A DNA stretch of 64,000 nt from Macrostomum lignano (Eukaryota). The stretch lies in assembly GCA_002269645.1 (NCBI GenBank), contig NIVC01001150.1, forward strand, positions 136,422 through 200,421, written 5' to 3'. Within the stretch, counting starts at the first letter, position 1. Every line of letters starts with the position of its first letter. The notes under the pieces are model-generated. The model saw only the letters and a list, made by a program, of their open reading frames with translations, was not told the DNA's origin and searched no databases. This document shows, in pieces, positions 11,901 through 21,700 of the stretch. Both the position numbers and the translations under genes were made by a program.

Positions 11901-14104
11901 GGCAGCCACGTCAACCCTAAGTTTCAAATGCTTCGCTCACTCACTCCGTATCGCAGCCCGCCTGCACCTGCTCGCTCCAGCGGGCAGGCAAGCCTGACGT
12001 CAGCTTTCTACCCAATAAATTCACAAACTAACAAACTAAATTTACGTGTTGCATAAGCTTGCGCTGTAGGTTTCTACTAGAGCGTCTCAACTGCACTACT
12101 CGTACAAGTAGAAAGCAATGTGAATAATGCGAAAAACTCGATAAACTCTTCCAGGTTACTGCCGAGGACAAGGGCACCGGTAACAAGCAGCAGATCACCA
12201 TCAAGAATGACCAGAGTCGCCTGAAACCGGAAGAGATCGATAAGATGGTTAAGGATGCGGAGAAGTTTGCTGAACAGGATAAGCAGGTGCGTGGTGCCTC
12301 ATGCTATGATTATGTGCTTTGCCTCCAGAGTTCACTTTTCAGTGGGCAGGTGAATCAGAGCTCACATAGGAGAATCAGAGCTCACACAGGAGAATCAGAG
12401 CTCACACAGGTGAATCATAGCTCACACAGGAGAATCAGAGCTCACACAGGAGAATCAGAGCTCACACAGGTGAATCATAGCTCACACAGGAGAATCAGAG
12501 CTCACACAGGAGAATCAGAGCTCACACAGGTGAATCAGAGCTCACACAGGTGAATCATAGCTCACACAGGAGAATCAGAGCTCATACAGGAGAATCAGAG
12601 CTCACACAGGAGAATCAGAGCTCACACAGGTGAATCACAGCTCACACAGGTGAATCAGAGCTCACATAGGAGAATCAGAGCTCAAACAGGAGAATCAGAG
12701 CTCACACAGGTGAATCAGAGCTCACACAGGAGAATCAGAGCTCACACAGGAGAATCAGAGCTCACACAGGAGAATCAGAGCTCACACAGGAGAATCAGAG
12801 CTCACACAGGTGAATCAGAGCTCACACAGGAGAATCAGAGCTCACACAGGTGAATCAGAGCTCACACAGGAGAATTAGAGCTCACACAGGAGAATCATAG
12901 CTCACATAGGAGAATCAGAGCTCACACAGGAGAATCATAGCTCACATAGGAGAATCAGAGCTCACACAGGAGAATCAGAGCTCACACAGGAGAATCATAG
13001 CTCACACAGGAGAATCAGAGCTCACCCAGGAGAATCAGAGCTCACACAGGTGATTCAGAGCTCACACAGGAGAATCAGAGCTCACACAGGAGAATCAGAG
13101 CTCACACAGGAGAATCAGAGCTCACACAGATGAATCAGAGCTCACACAGGAGAATCAGAGCTCACACAGGAGAATCATAGCTCACACAGGAGAATCAGAG
13201 CTCACACAGGAAAATCAGAGCTCACACAGGTGAATCAGAGCTCACATAGGAGAATCAGAGTTCACACAGGTGAATCAGAGCTCACATAGGAGAATCAGAG
13301 CTAACACAGGTGAATCAGAGCTCACACAGGAGAATCAGAGCTCACACAGGAGAATCAGAGCTCACACAGGTGAATCAGAGCTCACACAGGAGAATCAGAG
13401 CTCACACATGAGAATCAGAGCTCACACAGGAGAATCAGAGCTCACACAGGTGAATCAGAGCTCACACAGGAGAATCATAGCTCACACAGGAGAATCAGAG
13501 CTCACACAGGAGAATTAGAGCTCACACAGGAGAATCAGAGCTCACACAGGTGAATCAGAGCTCACACAGGAGAATCAGAGCTCACACAGGAGAATCAGAG
13601 TTCACACAGGTGAATCAGAGCTCACACAGGTGAATCAGAGCTCACACAGGTGAATCAGAGCTTACACAGGTGAATCAGAGCTCACACAGGTGAATCAGAG
13701 CTGACACAGGTGAATTGGCTGCACCCAGTCGCAGTTGCAGCATCCCCCACTAAGAAGCCATCTACCATCATCCGCAGATCCGGGAGAAGGTGGAGGCCCG
13801 CAGCGACCTGGAGTCCTATGTGTACTCAATGCGGCAGCAGCTGAAGGACAAGTCCAAGCTGGGCGGCAAGCTGTCCGATGCCGATCGCAAGGCGGCCGAG
13901 GACGCCGTGTCGAAGACTCTGGACTGGCTGGACAAGAACAAGGAGGCCAGCAAGGCCGACTTCGACACCCAGAAGCGGCAGCTGGAGGACGCGCTGTCCC
14001 CCATCGTGTCGAAGATCTACGAGACGGAGAAGGACCAGCGGCAGCCGCCTCCGCACGGTCCGCGGACCGGGTCGCCGAAGCACGAGGACAAGGAGGAGCT
14101 GTGA
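8580..14104 (+). CDS. HSPA5: ER Hsp70 chaperone BiP/GRP78, 5 exons, 679 aa
   Basis: Exons 8580-8984, 9213-10131, 10270-10526, 12155-12286, 13778-14104 total 2040 nt with consistent phases and GT-AG. Signal peptide, [32 protein letters not shown]-terminal KEEL. Confidence 0.97.
9213..10131 (+). CDS. HSPA5: BiP exon 2
   Basis: cgcag|VTEKDGKPF...CPLTL G|gtcagt. Confidence 0.93.
10270..10526 (+). CDS. HSPA5: BiP exon 3
   Basis: ctgcag|(G)MEIEGGVM...NGILK|gtgagg. Confidence 0.92.
10562..10805. repeat. 39-bp minisatellite (~6 copies) in BiP intron 3
   Basis: Unit AGACCCTGTGAGATTGAGCAGTTCTCAGAGTTATCACAC; begins ~35 nt after the donor. Confidence 0.95.
12155..12286 (+). CDS. HSPA5: BiP exon 4
   Basis: ttccag|[11 protein letters not shown]...EQDKQ|gtgcgt. 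Confidence 0.93.
12338..13715. repeat. 20-bp minisatellite (~69 copies) filling BiP intron 4
   Basis: Unit (A/T)GAATCAGAGCTCACACAGG. Confidence 0.97.
13778..14104 (+). CDS. HSPA5: BiP exon 5
   Basis: ccgcag|[14 protein letters not shown]...DKEEL*. Confidence 0.93.
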   Translation: MREKVEARSDLESYVYSMRQQLKDKSKLGGKLSDADRKAAEDAVSKTLDWLDKNKEASKADFDTQKRQLEDALSPIVSKIYETEKDQRQPPPHGPRTGSPKHEDKEEL

Positions 14105-14232
14105 GCGCAGGGGTTGTGACTCGGACACCGCCAAGCTGCTAAACTGCATATCGTAAAGCTTATCTAATTATCTTGCTGTCGTGCTCCGTTTGCAGTTGTT
14201 AGTGGAATTTCCCGCTTTCTCATTGCCGAATC

Positions 14233-15846
14233 TCATCTGTTAGCGTGATTGTGAGCACTCTTGAATTCTCACCTGTTAGCGTGATTGTGAGCACTCTTGA
14301 ATTCTCATCTGTTAGCGTGATTGTGAGCAGTCTTGAATTCTCATCTGTTAGCGTGATTGTGAGCAGTCTTGAATTATCATCTGTTAGCGTGATTGTGAGC
14401 AGTCTTGAATTATCATCTGTTAGCGTGATTGTGAGCAGTCTTGAATTCTCATCTGTTAGCGTGATTGTGAGCACTCTTGAATTCTCACCTGTTAGCGTGA
14501 TTGTGAGCACTCTTGAATTCTCATCTGTTAGCGTGATTGTGAGCACTCTTGAATTCTCATCTGTTAGCGTGATTGTGAGCACTCTTGAATTCTCACCTGT
14601 TAGCGTGATTGTGAGCACTCTTGAATTCTCATCTGTTAGCGTGATTGTGAGCAGTCTTGAATTCTCATCTGTTAGCGTGATTGTGAGCACTCTTGAATTC
14701 TCACCTGTTAGCGTGATTGTGAGCACTCTTGAATTCTCATCTGTTAGCGTGATTGTGAGCACTCTTGAATTCTCACCTGTTAGCGTGATTGTGAGCACTC
14801 TTGAATTCTCATCTGTTAGCGTGATTGTGAGCACTCTTGAATTCTCACCTGTTAGCGTGATTGTGAGCACTCTTGAATTCTCACCTGTTAGCGTGATTGT
14901 GAGCACTCTTGAATTCTCACCTGTTAGCGTGATTGTGAGCACTCTTGATTTCTCACCTGTTAGCGTGATTGTGAGCACTCTTGAATTCTCACCTGTTAGC
15001 GTGATTGTGAGCACTCTTGAATTCTCACCTGTTAGCGTGATTGTGAGAAGTCTTGAATTCTCACCTGTTAGCGTGATTGTGAGCAGTCTTGAATTCTCAC
15101 CTGTTAGCGTGATTGTGAGAAGTCTTGAATTCTCATCTGTTAGCGTGATTGTGAGCACTCTTGAATTCTCACCTGTTAGCGTGATTGTGAGCACTCTTGA
15201 ATTCTCATCTGTTAGCGTGATTGTGAGCACTCTTGAATTCTCACCTGTTAGCGTGATTGTGAGCAGTCTTGAATTCTCATCTGTTAGCGTGATTGTGAGC
15301 AGTCTTGAATTCTCATCTGTTAGCGTGATTGTGAGCAGTCTTCTGTTAGCGTGATTGTGAGCAGTCTTGAACTCTCATCTGTTAGCGTGATTGGGAGCAG
15401 TCTTGAATTCTCATCTGTTAGCGTGATTGTGAGCAGTCTTCTGTTAGCGTGATTGTGAGCAGTCTTGAACTCTCACCTGTTAGCGTGATTGTGAGCACTC
15501 TTGAATTCTCATCTGTTAGCGTGATTGTGAGCAGTCTTCTGTTAGCGTGATTGTGAGCAGTCTTCTGTTAGCGTGATTGTGAGCAGTCTTGAACTCTCAC
15601 CTGTTAGCGTGATTGTGAGCACTCTTGAATTCTCATCTGTTAGCGTGATTGGGAGCAGTCTTGAATTCTCATCTGTTAGCGTGATTGTGAGCAGTCTTCT
15701 GTTAGCGTGATTGTGAGCAGTCTTGAACTCTCATCTGTTAGCGTGATTGTGAGCAGTCTTGAACTCTCATCTGTTAGCGTGATTGTGAGCAGTCTTGAAC
15801 TCTCATCTGTTAGCGTGATTGTGAGCAGTCTTGAACTCTCACCTGT
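14233..15846. repeat. 36-bp minisatellite (~45 copies) starting ~130 nt after the BiP stop
   Basis: Unit TGTTAGCGTGATTGTGAGCA(C/G)TCTTGAATTCTCA(C/T)C, with 25-bp deletion variants near the end. Confidence 0.97.
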
Positions 15847-17517
15847 CTGGCGGAACTCCACTACTGTACTTTCTGTTTCGTCCGATTTTCCGCGTTTTTT
15901 GTTCTAGCTCTGATGATTATAAAATACTCGTATCCTTATCTACTGCCAATGCCGTCACCGCCCCGTGTCAGTGCATTTTCTAGCCAGGATCAAACTATAT
16001 AACAGTTGACTGTCGTGGCCCCAGTTAGTGTTGCAAAACGTGGGGGTCTGCCGTGCACCGCCGTGTCCGCTCGGCTCTCGTTAATCAAAAATTATGTTTA
16101 CACTTTTCCCTCTCGGTGTCATTTTTTTCTTTACTTTTGGCTGTTTGGCGGTTTTACCTTTCTGATCACCCCGGCCTGCTCGCACCTGCCTGCCTGTCTG
16201 CGCGCTCCCGAACCCATTCCGCTGCAAGCCTTTGCGGCCTCGGACACTACGCCCGTAAAATATATTGAATAAACCGCAACTGCTAGCCGAATCTGATTTG
16301 ATGGTCTTAAAATCTTTTGAATGCCAGCCTTTATCTTCCTAGTTATTTGGATATATGATAGCGCCAGGCTCCATCTGGGTGCACTTCTGAGGGAATTAAT
16401 GTACTCCCTTTTGGCTTTCAGAGCTGCGAGCCATCTTCTTAGCTGTATAGTTTTGAGCGTGCATAAAAATTCTGAATGCAGGAATACTTGAGATTTCACA
16501 TATTTGCCTTCAGGTGTCCTTGGACTCTGCATGTTCCTTGATTGGGAGCTAGGAGAGGCCAGAGGCTTATTTTATGGACCTTATTCATAGTCCAGGCTAA
16601 TTAGTTATTCATTGATGTACATAGGTGTGCACCAAAACAGCTATGTTGAGTTTCGCAAGTTTCTACAGAAGTTAGCAGCAATAAAAGGAAAATTGGCAAG
16701 CTCAATCCAATTGCTCATGTTGAACCTCTGAGTCTTCTCTGCAGCCAATGTTGCATTAGCCTGCATGCAGCGGTTTGCTGCAAGCTCCCCTGCCAGAGCA
16801 GGCAAGCAGGAGAAGCGCGGAAATCTTGCGAGTTGCAGCTGAGACTGCGGCAGGCAGCTCGGCTTTCTCGTTCGTACAAAGGGAAGGCCTGAGAAATCGA
16901 ACTGTGCGGACTGGGATGCCCGGCTGAAGGCATCAACTTCAGCTGAGAAATTCGATTAGGAAAGCGGAGTCGATAGCCGCCGTTCGGAATTCCGGGAAGC
17001 CGCGGACAAGGCGGGACAAACTGATCCGGGAAGTCCGGCAACTAGACCGGAGAGCTGCGTGTCCCCTGCTTGGGAGGCCAGAGGCTTATCGGCACGGCAG
17101 AATGGGCCGCAGAGATTCCTCGAAGACACGCGAGCAGCTCGTGTGGCAGCTGAGAGCTCTAGACGGAGCCAATTAGCGGGAAGTGGAGGCAGCTAATTAG
17201 GGGATCGCAGCCGCAAAATAGGAAAAGCCTTTCCTACGAGTAGTGAGCTGCTGCCGTGTCTGCGGCCATGCCAAATCAAATTAGGAGTATCGGCGCCGGG
17301 CTACGTTGCATACGTAGATACGTTGCACTGCAGTCCACACTATAAGGCCTGCAGTCCACACTAAGACCCGACAGAGGTGCGATGGCGCTCCAATTCTAAG
17401 GACGTACGGAAGTACAGAATCACAAAATTCAGCACGGCGTGCACAAAAGAGCAGCAGCAGTTAAGAATCTGTCACGATTGAGCGACGAAAATATTCATTT
17501 CCCAGCTGTAGGATTTT

Positions 17518-17523
17518 TTTATT
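17518..17523 (-). terminator. Poly(A) signal of the BTB gene
   Basis: AATAAA on the minus strand ~60 nt after the stop. Confidence 0.6.
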
Positions 17524-17581
17524 AATGATATAATATTTCCTTTATACCATCTATATCTTTCAACTACTTATAGCAGTAGTA

Positions 17582-18775
17582 TCAGTGCATCCTGGAAATG
17601 GCGGCAGTCTCCATGATTCGCATGCGGGCCAGAGCGAGCGCGCAGCGGTCCTCCTTGTCCATGCGGTTGAACACGGGATGGCGCTCGATCTGCTCCACGC
17701 TCCAGTCCATGAGGAGGCGCACGCAGGTCTGCTCCAGGCGCTGGCAGTTGTACATGCGCGCCAGCGCGTAACCGTCCATGGCCGAGGGCCGAAGGCTGTC
17801 CAGAAGCTTTGAGGAGGCCTGGCCTTGCGCCGGAACCTCCGAGGATGCATCGCCGCCCTCCGCATCGTCCTCGGTCGCCTCGCCGTCGTGCATGGCTGCA
17901 AAAGAATGGATTATGAGCTCTTCGGCAGTCTCCTTCAGGTGGTCGATCTGGTACTCTTCGGCCAGCGTCAGCACCGAGGGCGCCTGCTGCAGGCTGAGCC
18001 GGTGCGGCGTGGCCGGGTGCATCAGACGTAGCAGCTCTTCAAGCTCGGCGGTCGACTTGCCCGGCAGCCGCAGCCGCCGCCGGCCGGCAGCGTCGTGGTC
18101 GTCGCAGCGGCTGAGCATGCGAGCGAAGACCGGCGACACCGCGGTGAGCAGGTCCGCCAGCGTCAGCAGCCGGCCATCGTCTGCGACCAGCACCAGGTTG
18201 CAGTCCGGGTGATGCCGCTCGTCGCTGAAGCCGGGCAGCGCCGGGAGACATTTAGGCGCCGCGCCCTCCAGGTACACCTGACAGGCCTTGTCCGCGAAGT
18301 AGGGGTTCTCGGGCGGGAACCAGTCGCAGTGGACCAGGTCAAAGTCCACGAGGATCCGGTAGCGGTCCCTGTAGCTGGTGTCGTGCTGGATGAGGTCTCG
18401 GCGCACCCAGAACAGGGACACATCGCACTTGTTCCACACGCTCAGGCGGGAGTGAAACGCCAGCTCCTTCCAGCTGCTCTCCTTGCTGAGGTAGCGGCAG
18501 CGCAGCAGCAGGTGGGCCGCCTTCAGTGGGAACACCGTCTTCACCTTCAGATGAAAGAACCGCTTCTGGGCCTCCACCGAGCAGAACATGGAGCAAACCA
18601 GACTCTCTGAGGCGGAGCGCAATTCCCTTGCATCTGCATCATCGCTGGGAGCCGGAGTCAGGCAGAAGTCAATCAGGCGCTTCGGCGTGCACTTGTGCCC
18701 GTCGTCTGGGACGAAGAAATGCGTCTGCAGCGGCCGCAAGAAAGTCGTGGCCAGCCGTCCTTCCTGCTGGCACAT
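17582..18775 (-). CDS. Intronless BTB/POZ-domain protein with a divergent N-terminal MATH-like region, 397 aa from ATG 18775
   Basis: BTB signature DCNLVLVADDGRLL...LLTAVSPVFARML...LRLPGKSTAELEELLRLMHP...VLTLAEEYQIDHLKETAE, followed by a BACK-like helical tail. gccATG context; AATAAA at 17523-17518. MATH assignment is by eye only. Confidence 0.82.
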   Translation of the reverse strand: MCQQEGRLATTFLRPLQTHFFVPDDGHKCTPKRLIDFCLTPAPSDDADARELRSASESLVCSMFCSVEAQKRFFHLKVKTVFPLKAAHLLLRCRYLSKESSWKELAFHSRLSVWNKCDVSLFWVRRDLIQHDTSYRDRYRILVDFDLVHCDWFPPENPYFADKACQVYLEGAAPKCLPALPGFSDERHHPDCNLVLVADDGRLLTLADLLTAVSPVFARMLSRCDDHDAAGRRRLRLPGKSTAELEELLRLMHPATPHRLSLQQAPSVLTLAEEYQIDHLKETAEELIIHSFAAMHDGEATEDDAEGGDASSEVPAQGQASSKLLDSLRPSAMDGYALARMYNCQRLEQTCVRLLMDWSVEQIERHPVFNRMDKEDRCALALARMRIMETAAISRMH

Positions 18776-21700
18776 GGCTGGCGTGGCGAGTGAGCTGTAT
18801 GACCTGGCAGTGACCCGCTGGCAATGACTGCAGCGCAGGAACGCTGCTTTTCTTTGCGCTACACGAGGGTTGCTGGCCACTGGCCTGCGCTCAAGCTTGA
18901 TTCCCTGTTTTATTTCTTCTCATCCTTCACTGGCTCCCCCGCCCTATCCAGGTTGGCTGGCCAGCGATCCACAAATTCTGCCCTGCCTCTCCCTCCCTGC
19001 ACCGCGGCCGCACCATTTGCGGTGCCGTCCAACTTTCACCCCGCCTAGTGCGAGGTCCCTCCTCCCCGCGAATCAATCTCTGCCCTAAGCTTTCCCACTC
19101 CGTGTTCCCTGTCATTCCAGCTCCACCTGCTCTCTCTTTCTCCGCGTGTCTCTATAGGCAGGTAATTCAGCCGCAGCTTCCGTGTCTCCACCCCGCCTCA
19201 CGGCCTCCTGAGATGCCAATCAGGCATTGTTCAGCCCGCGTCCGGTCCGGCTCCCACGGACCAGCCCCGTCCGTGAGCCGCCTCACCGCCTACCCCGCAC
19301 GCTTTTCCCTCCCCGACCCTCGCTCCCACCAGCCCGATCCCACTGGCTCGCCACAGATCCCAATCCCAATCCAGATCCACATTGCCGCAGAAATCCGTGC
19401 CCTCCTGTCCCAGGCCGATGGGCCGTGCAGTGGATGTTGCTTGGGCGCATTCCAAATATCCCATTTAATGCCCGGCTCGATTCCCCATCAGGCCCCGTAT
19501 CGGGCGCATCAATCAATCCGGCTGTAATTGCGGGCCCCGATGCGAGTGCTAAGCAAACACGAATAATTGAATCGCACTGCGGGCTGTCTGCGCGTGCGGT
19601 GACTCACGCAGCCTGCCGCCGATCCCACCCAAATCCCAGGTGCCGTCTGGGCTGGGCGGGGCCGTTCATCCGCTGCTCTTTTGGCCCTGGCTTTTAATCT
19701 TTTTCTGCAGCTAAGGAAGGATGGGGAGGGCCAGCTCGCGTACGAGAATCCTCGAGCTCGGGCAGAGCCGCGGGCTCCGTCGCCGGGCCAGCTGCATGGG
19801 AGGTCGAACAACAGCAATAAATTATCGTCTACTGCTCCGACCCGCTCGCTGTTGCAGGGATTTCTCCTCTGGCTCGGGCTGCAAATTGACCTCCGCATTT
19901 GGCTTGATCCTGCTGCATTCGGTTAGCAGTGGGAAGGCTGTGCGGCTGTGCAGGTGCAGGTCGTCACTGCCACCTTGCAGGGCAGCTGGGCCCGATATTC
20001 AACTGATTCAAACCGGAGCTTGCTAATGCTTTTGCTAATGCTAATGCTAATGCTTGCTAATGCTATCATTTTTGAGGGCTGGTCATTCAGAATTGAGGGT
20101 TTGGCGGGGCGGGAGAAGCTGTTGACATACTTGCCAGAGCAGCCTGAGTCATTAGCGCAAGAGAAGCTGTTGACATACTTGCCAGAGCAGCTTGAGTCAT
20201 TAGCGCAAGAGAAGCTTCATCCATTCTCTGAATCAATTCATTGAATAAGATGAAAATTTCTCAAATTTTTGTTGGGCTGTCTCCAGGGATGGGTGAACTT
20301 GGGTGAACGTGGCTGAACTTCGCCACGCACCTTCCGAAACTGCATAGGTGAGTAGAATACCTTAAGCGCGCATTTTTATGGATACAGCAAATAAGTGATG
20401 TGCACTGAAGCTTCAAGAGATCTACTTCGCATTCAAAGGGTTCGAATCTGCACACAGGGAGGGGATGCAAAGAGGATGACGCTAATTAGAGACTGGAAGC
20501 TTGCTCATAGCGGCAAGAGCAACAAAGTTGCAGACAGTTTGCCCCAGCAAAATCGCGAAGGGGCTGGACGGAAAAGTCGGCCCGCTGCGATGTTTGACCG
20601 CGGAGCGCACAAAGCTCTGCTAGACATGCGGCGAGGATGCACAAAGAATGAAGCCGCTGGGGAACCCAGCCGGGAATTCAATACTGCGAGGGGAGAGAGA
20701 GATGGGGGTGGTGATGGGAGAAAAGTTCGGGAAGAGGAGACATTAATGAGTCCCCGGGGGGCTGAGCAGGATATTTGACTTCTCTTTGCAGGCTGGCAAC
20801 ACAGGTTCATGCTGCTCGATCAGTCTGATTTATGAGAAGATGCATGGGGGTGCTGTGCAATGCCTGCCTAGAGTTTCTTTATAGCCACATGAGAACTGGA
20901 TTCATCCTTTCATGGGCAAATGGACTTTATTAGCCTAATGTGGTCAAATGCATGGCTAACGGCAAAATTCAGTGTTTTACAAGCCTGCAATTTTGGCAGA
21001 ATTTTGACATTTTTAGCAAGCGAAAGTTACACTATCCATGCTTTTCGACATTTTCCACGAAATTCTGAGTTTGTAGTTCTAATTGCGTATACTGCCTTTC
21101 AATCCGTGAATTTTCGAGATTATAAAAGTGACCCAACTGAAGCTTCGTAGCCTATAGAAGTTCTGCTTGAGGATTTCCTGTTAGTATTGTTGGGCGCCAT
21201 TCGGCTGTCTGTTTCGAGTTCTCGGTAGATCGGCTCCTCGGTGCGCAGAATAAAGTCCAAGCGCGCTCAAGTATTCGTCCAAGTTTGAGCATCTCGTCTC
21301 AAGTTTAAAACCGATCGTCAATGCGATCAGCTCCACCTGAAAGAGCGAGTCCGAAATAATTTTCATTGGCAGGTGGCTAGAAGTGTCTTCCAACAATTTC
21401 GCTTTTACGAGTTTGCTTCAGCCAGGGACTACTTAAACAATTAGCTGTTTGGGTAGTCCCTGGTTTGCTCGTGTTTTGGATATGGAATCGTATATATACT
21501 TCTAAATATTGTACCCAGACAGCATTTTGCTGCACAGAGCGCCAGCAGGGTGAGATTCAGTCGTCCTTGGTGAGCGCGCAATTTATACCTGTCTGTCTGA
21601 GATTGAAATTGCACGCGCGCTCATATTCCTACAGCATCCCTACAAAATCCCTACAAAAAAACTGATGCCATGCATCTGCATTCAAGTTGCACTATGCTTA

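Noticed and set aside
12155-12215. Possible loss of the BiP AMPylation threonine (ITIKND versus ITITND)
   Set aside because: Counting against human BiP places T518 in DKGTGN, which is conserved here.
8625-14149. Long antisense ORFs over BiP (8625-8960, 9132-9767, 13826-14149)
   Set aside because: This is the well-known antisense shadow of GC3-rich Hsp70 genes, often misannotated as NAD-glutamate dehydrogenase.
16131-17041. ORFs 16131-16532 and 16715-17041; also 21181-21396, 25025-25258 and 41341-41559
   Set aside because: No recognisable domain, no GC3 codon bias like the real genes, and no convincing splice context.
19419-19486. Second tRNA/SINE-like head (GGCTCGATTCC with a weak A box)
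   Set aside because: The A box is poor, and there is no body similarity to the 45110 element and no tail.
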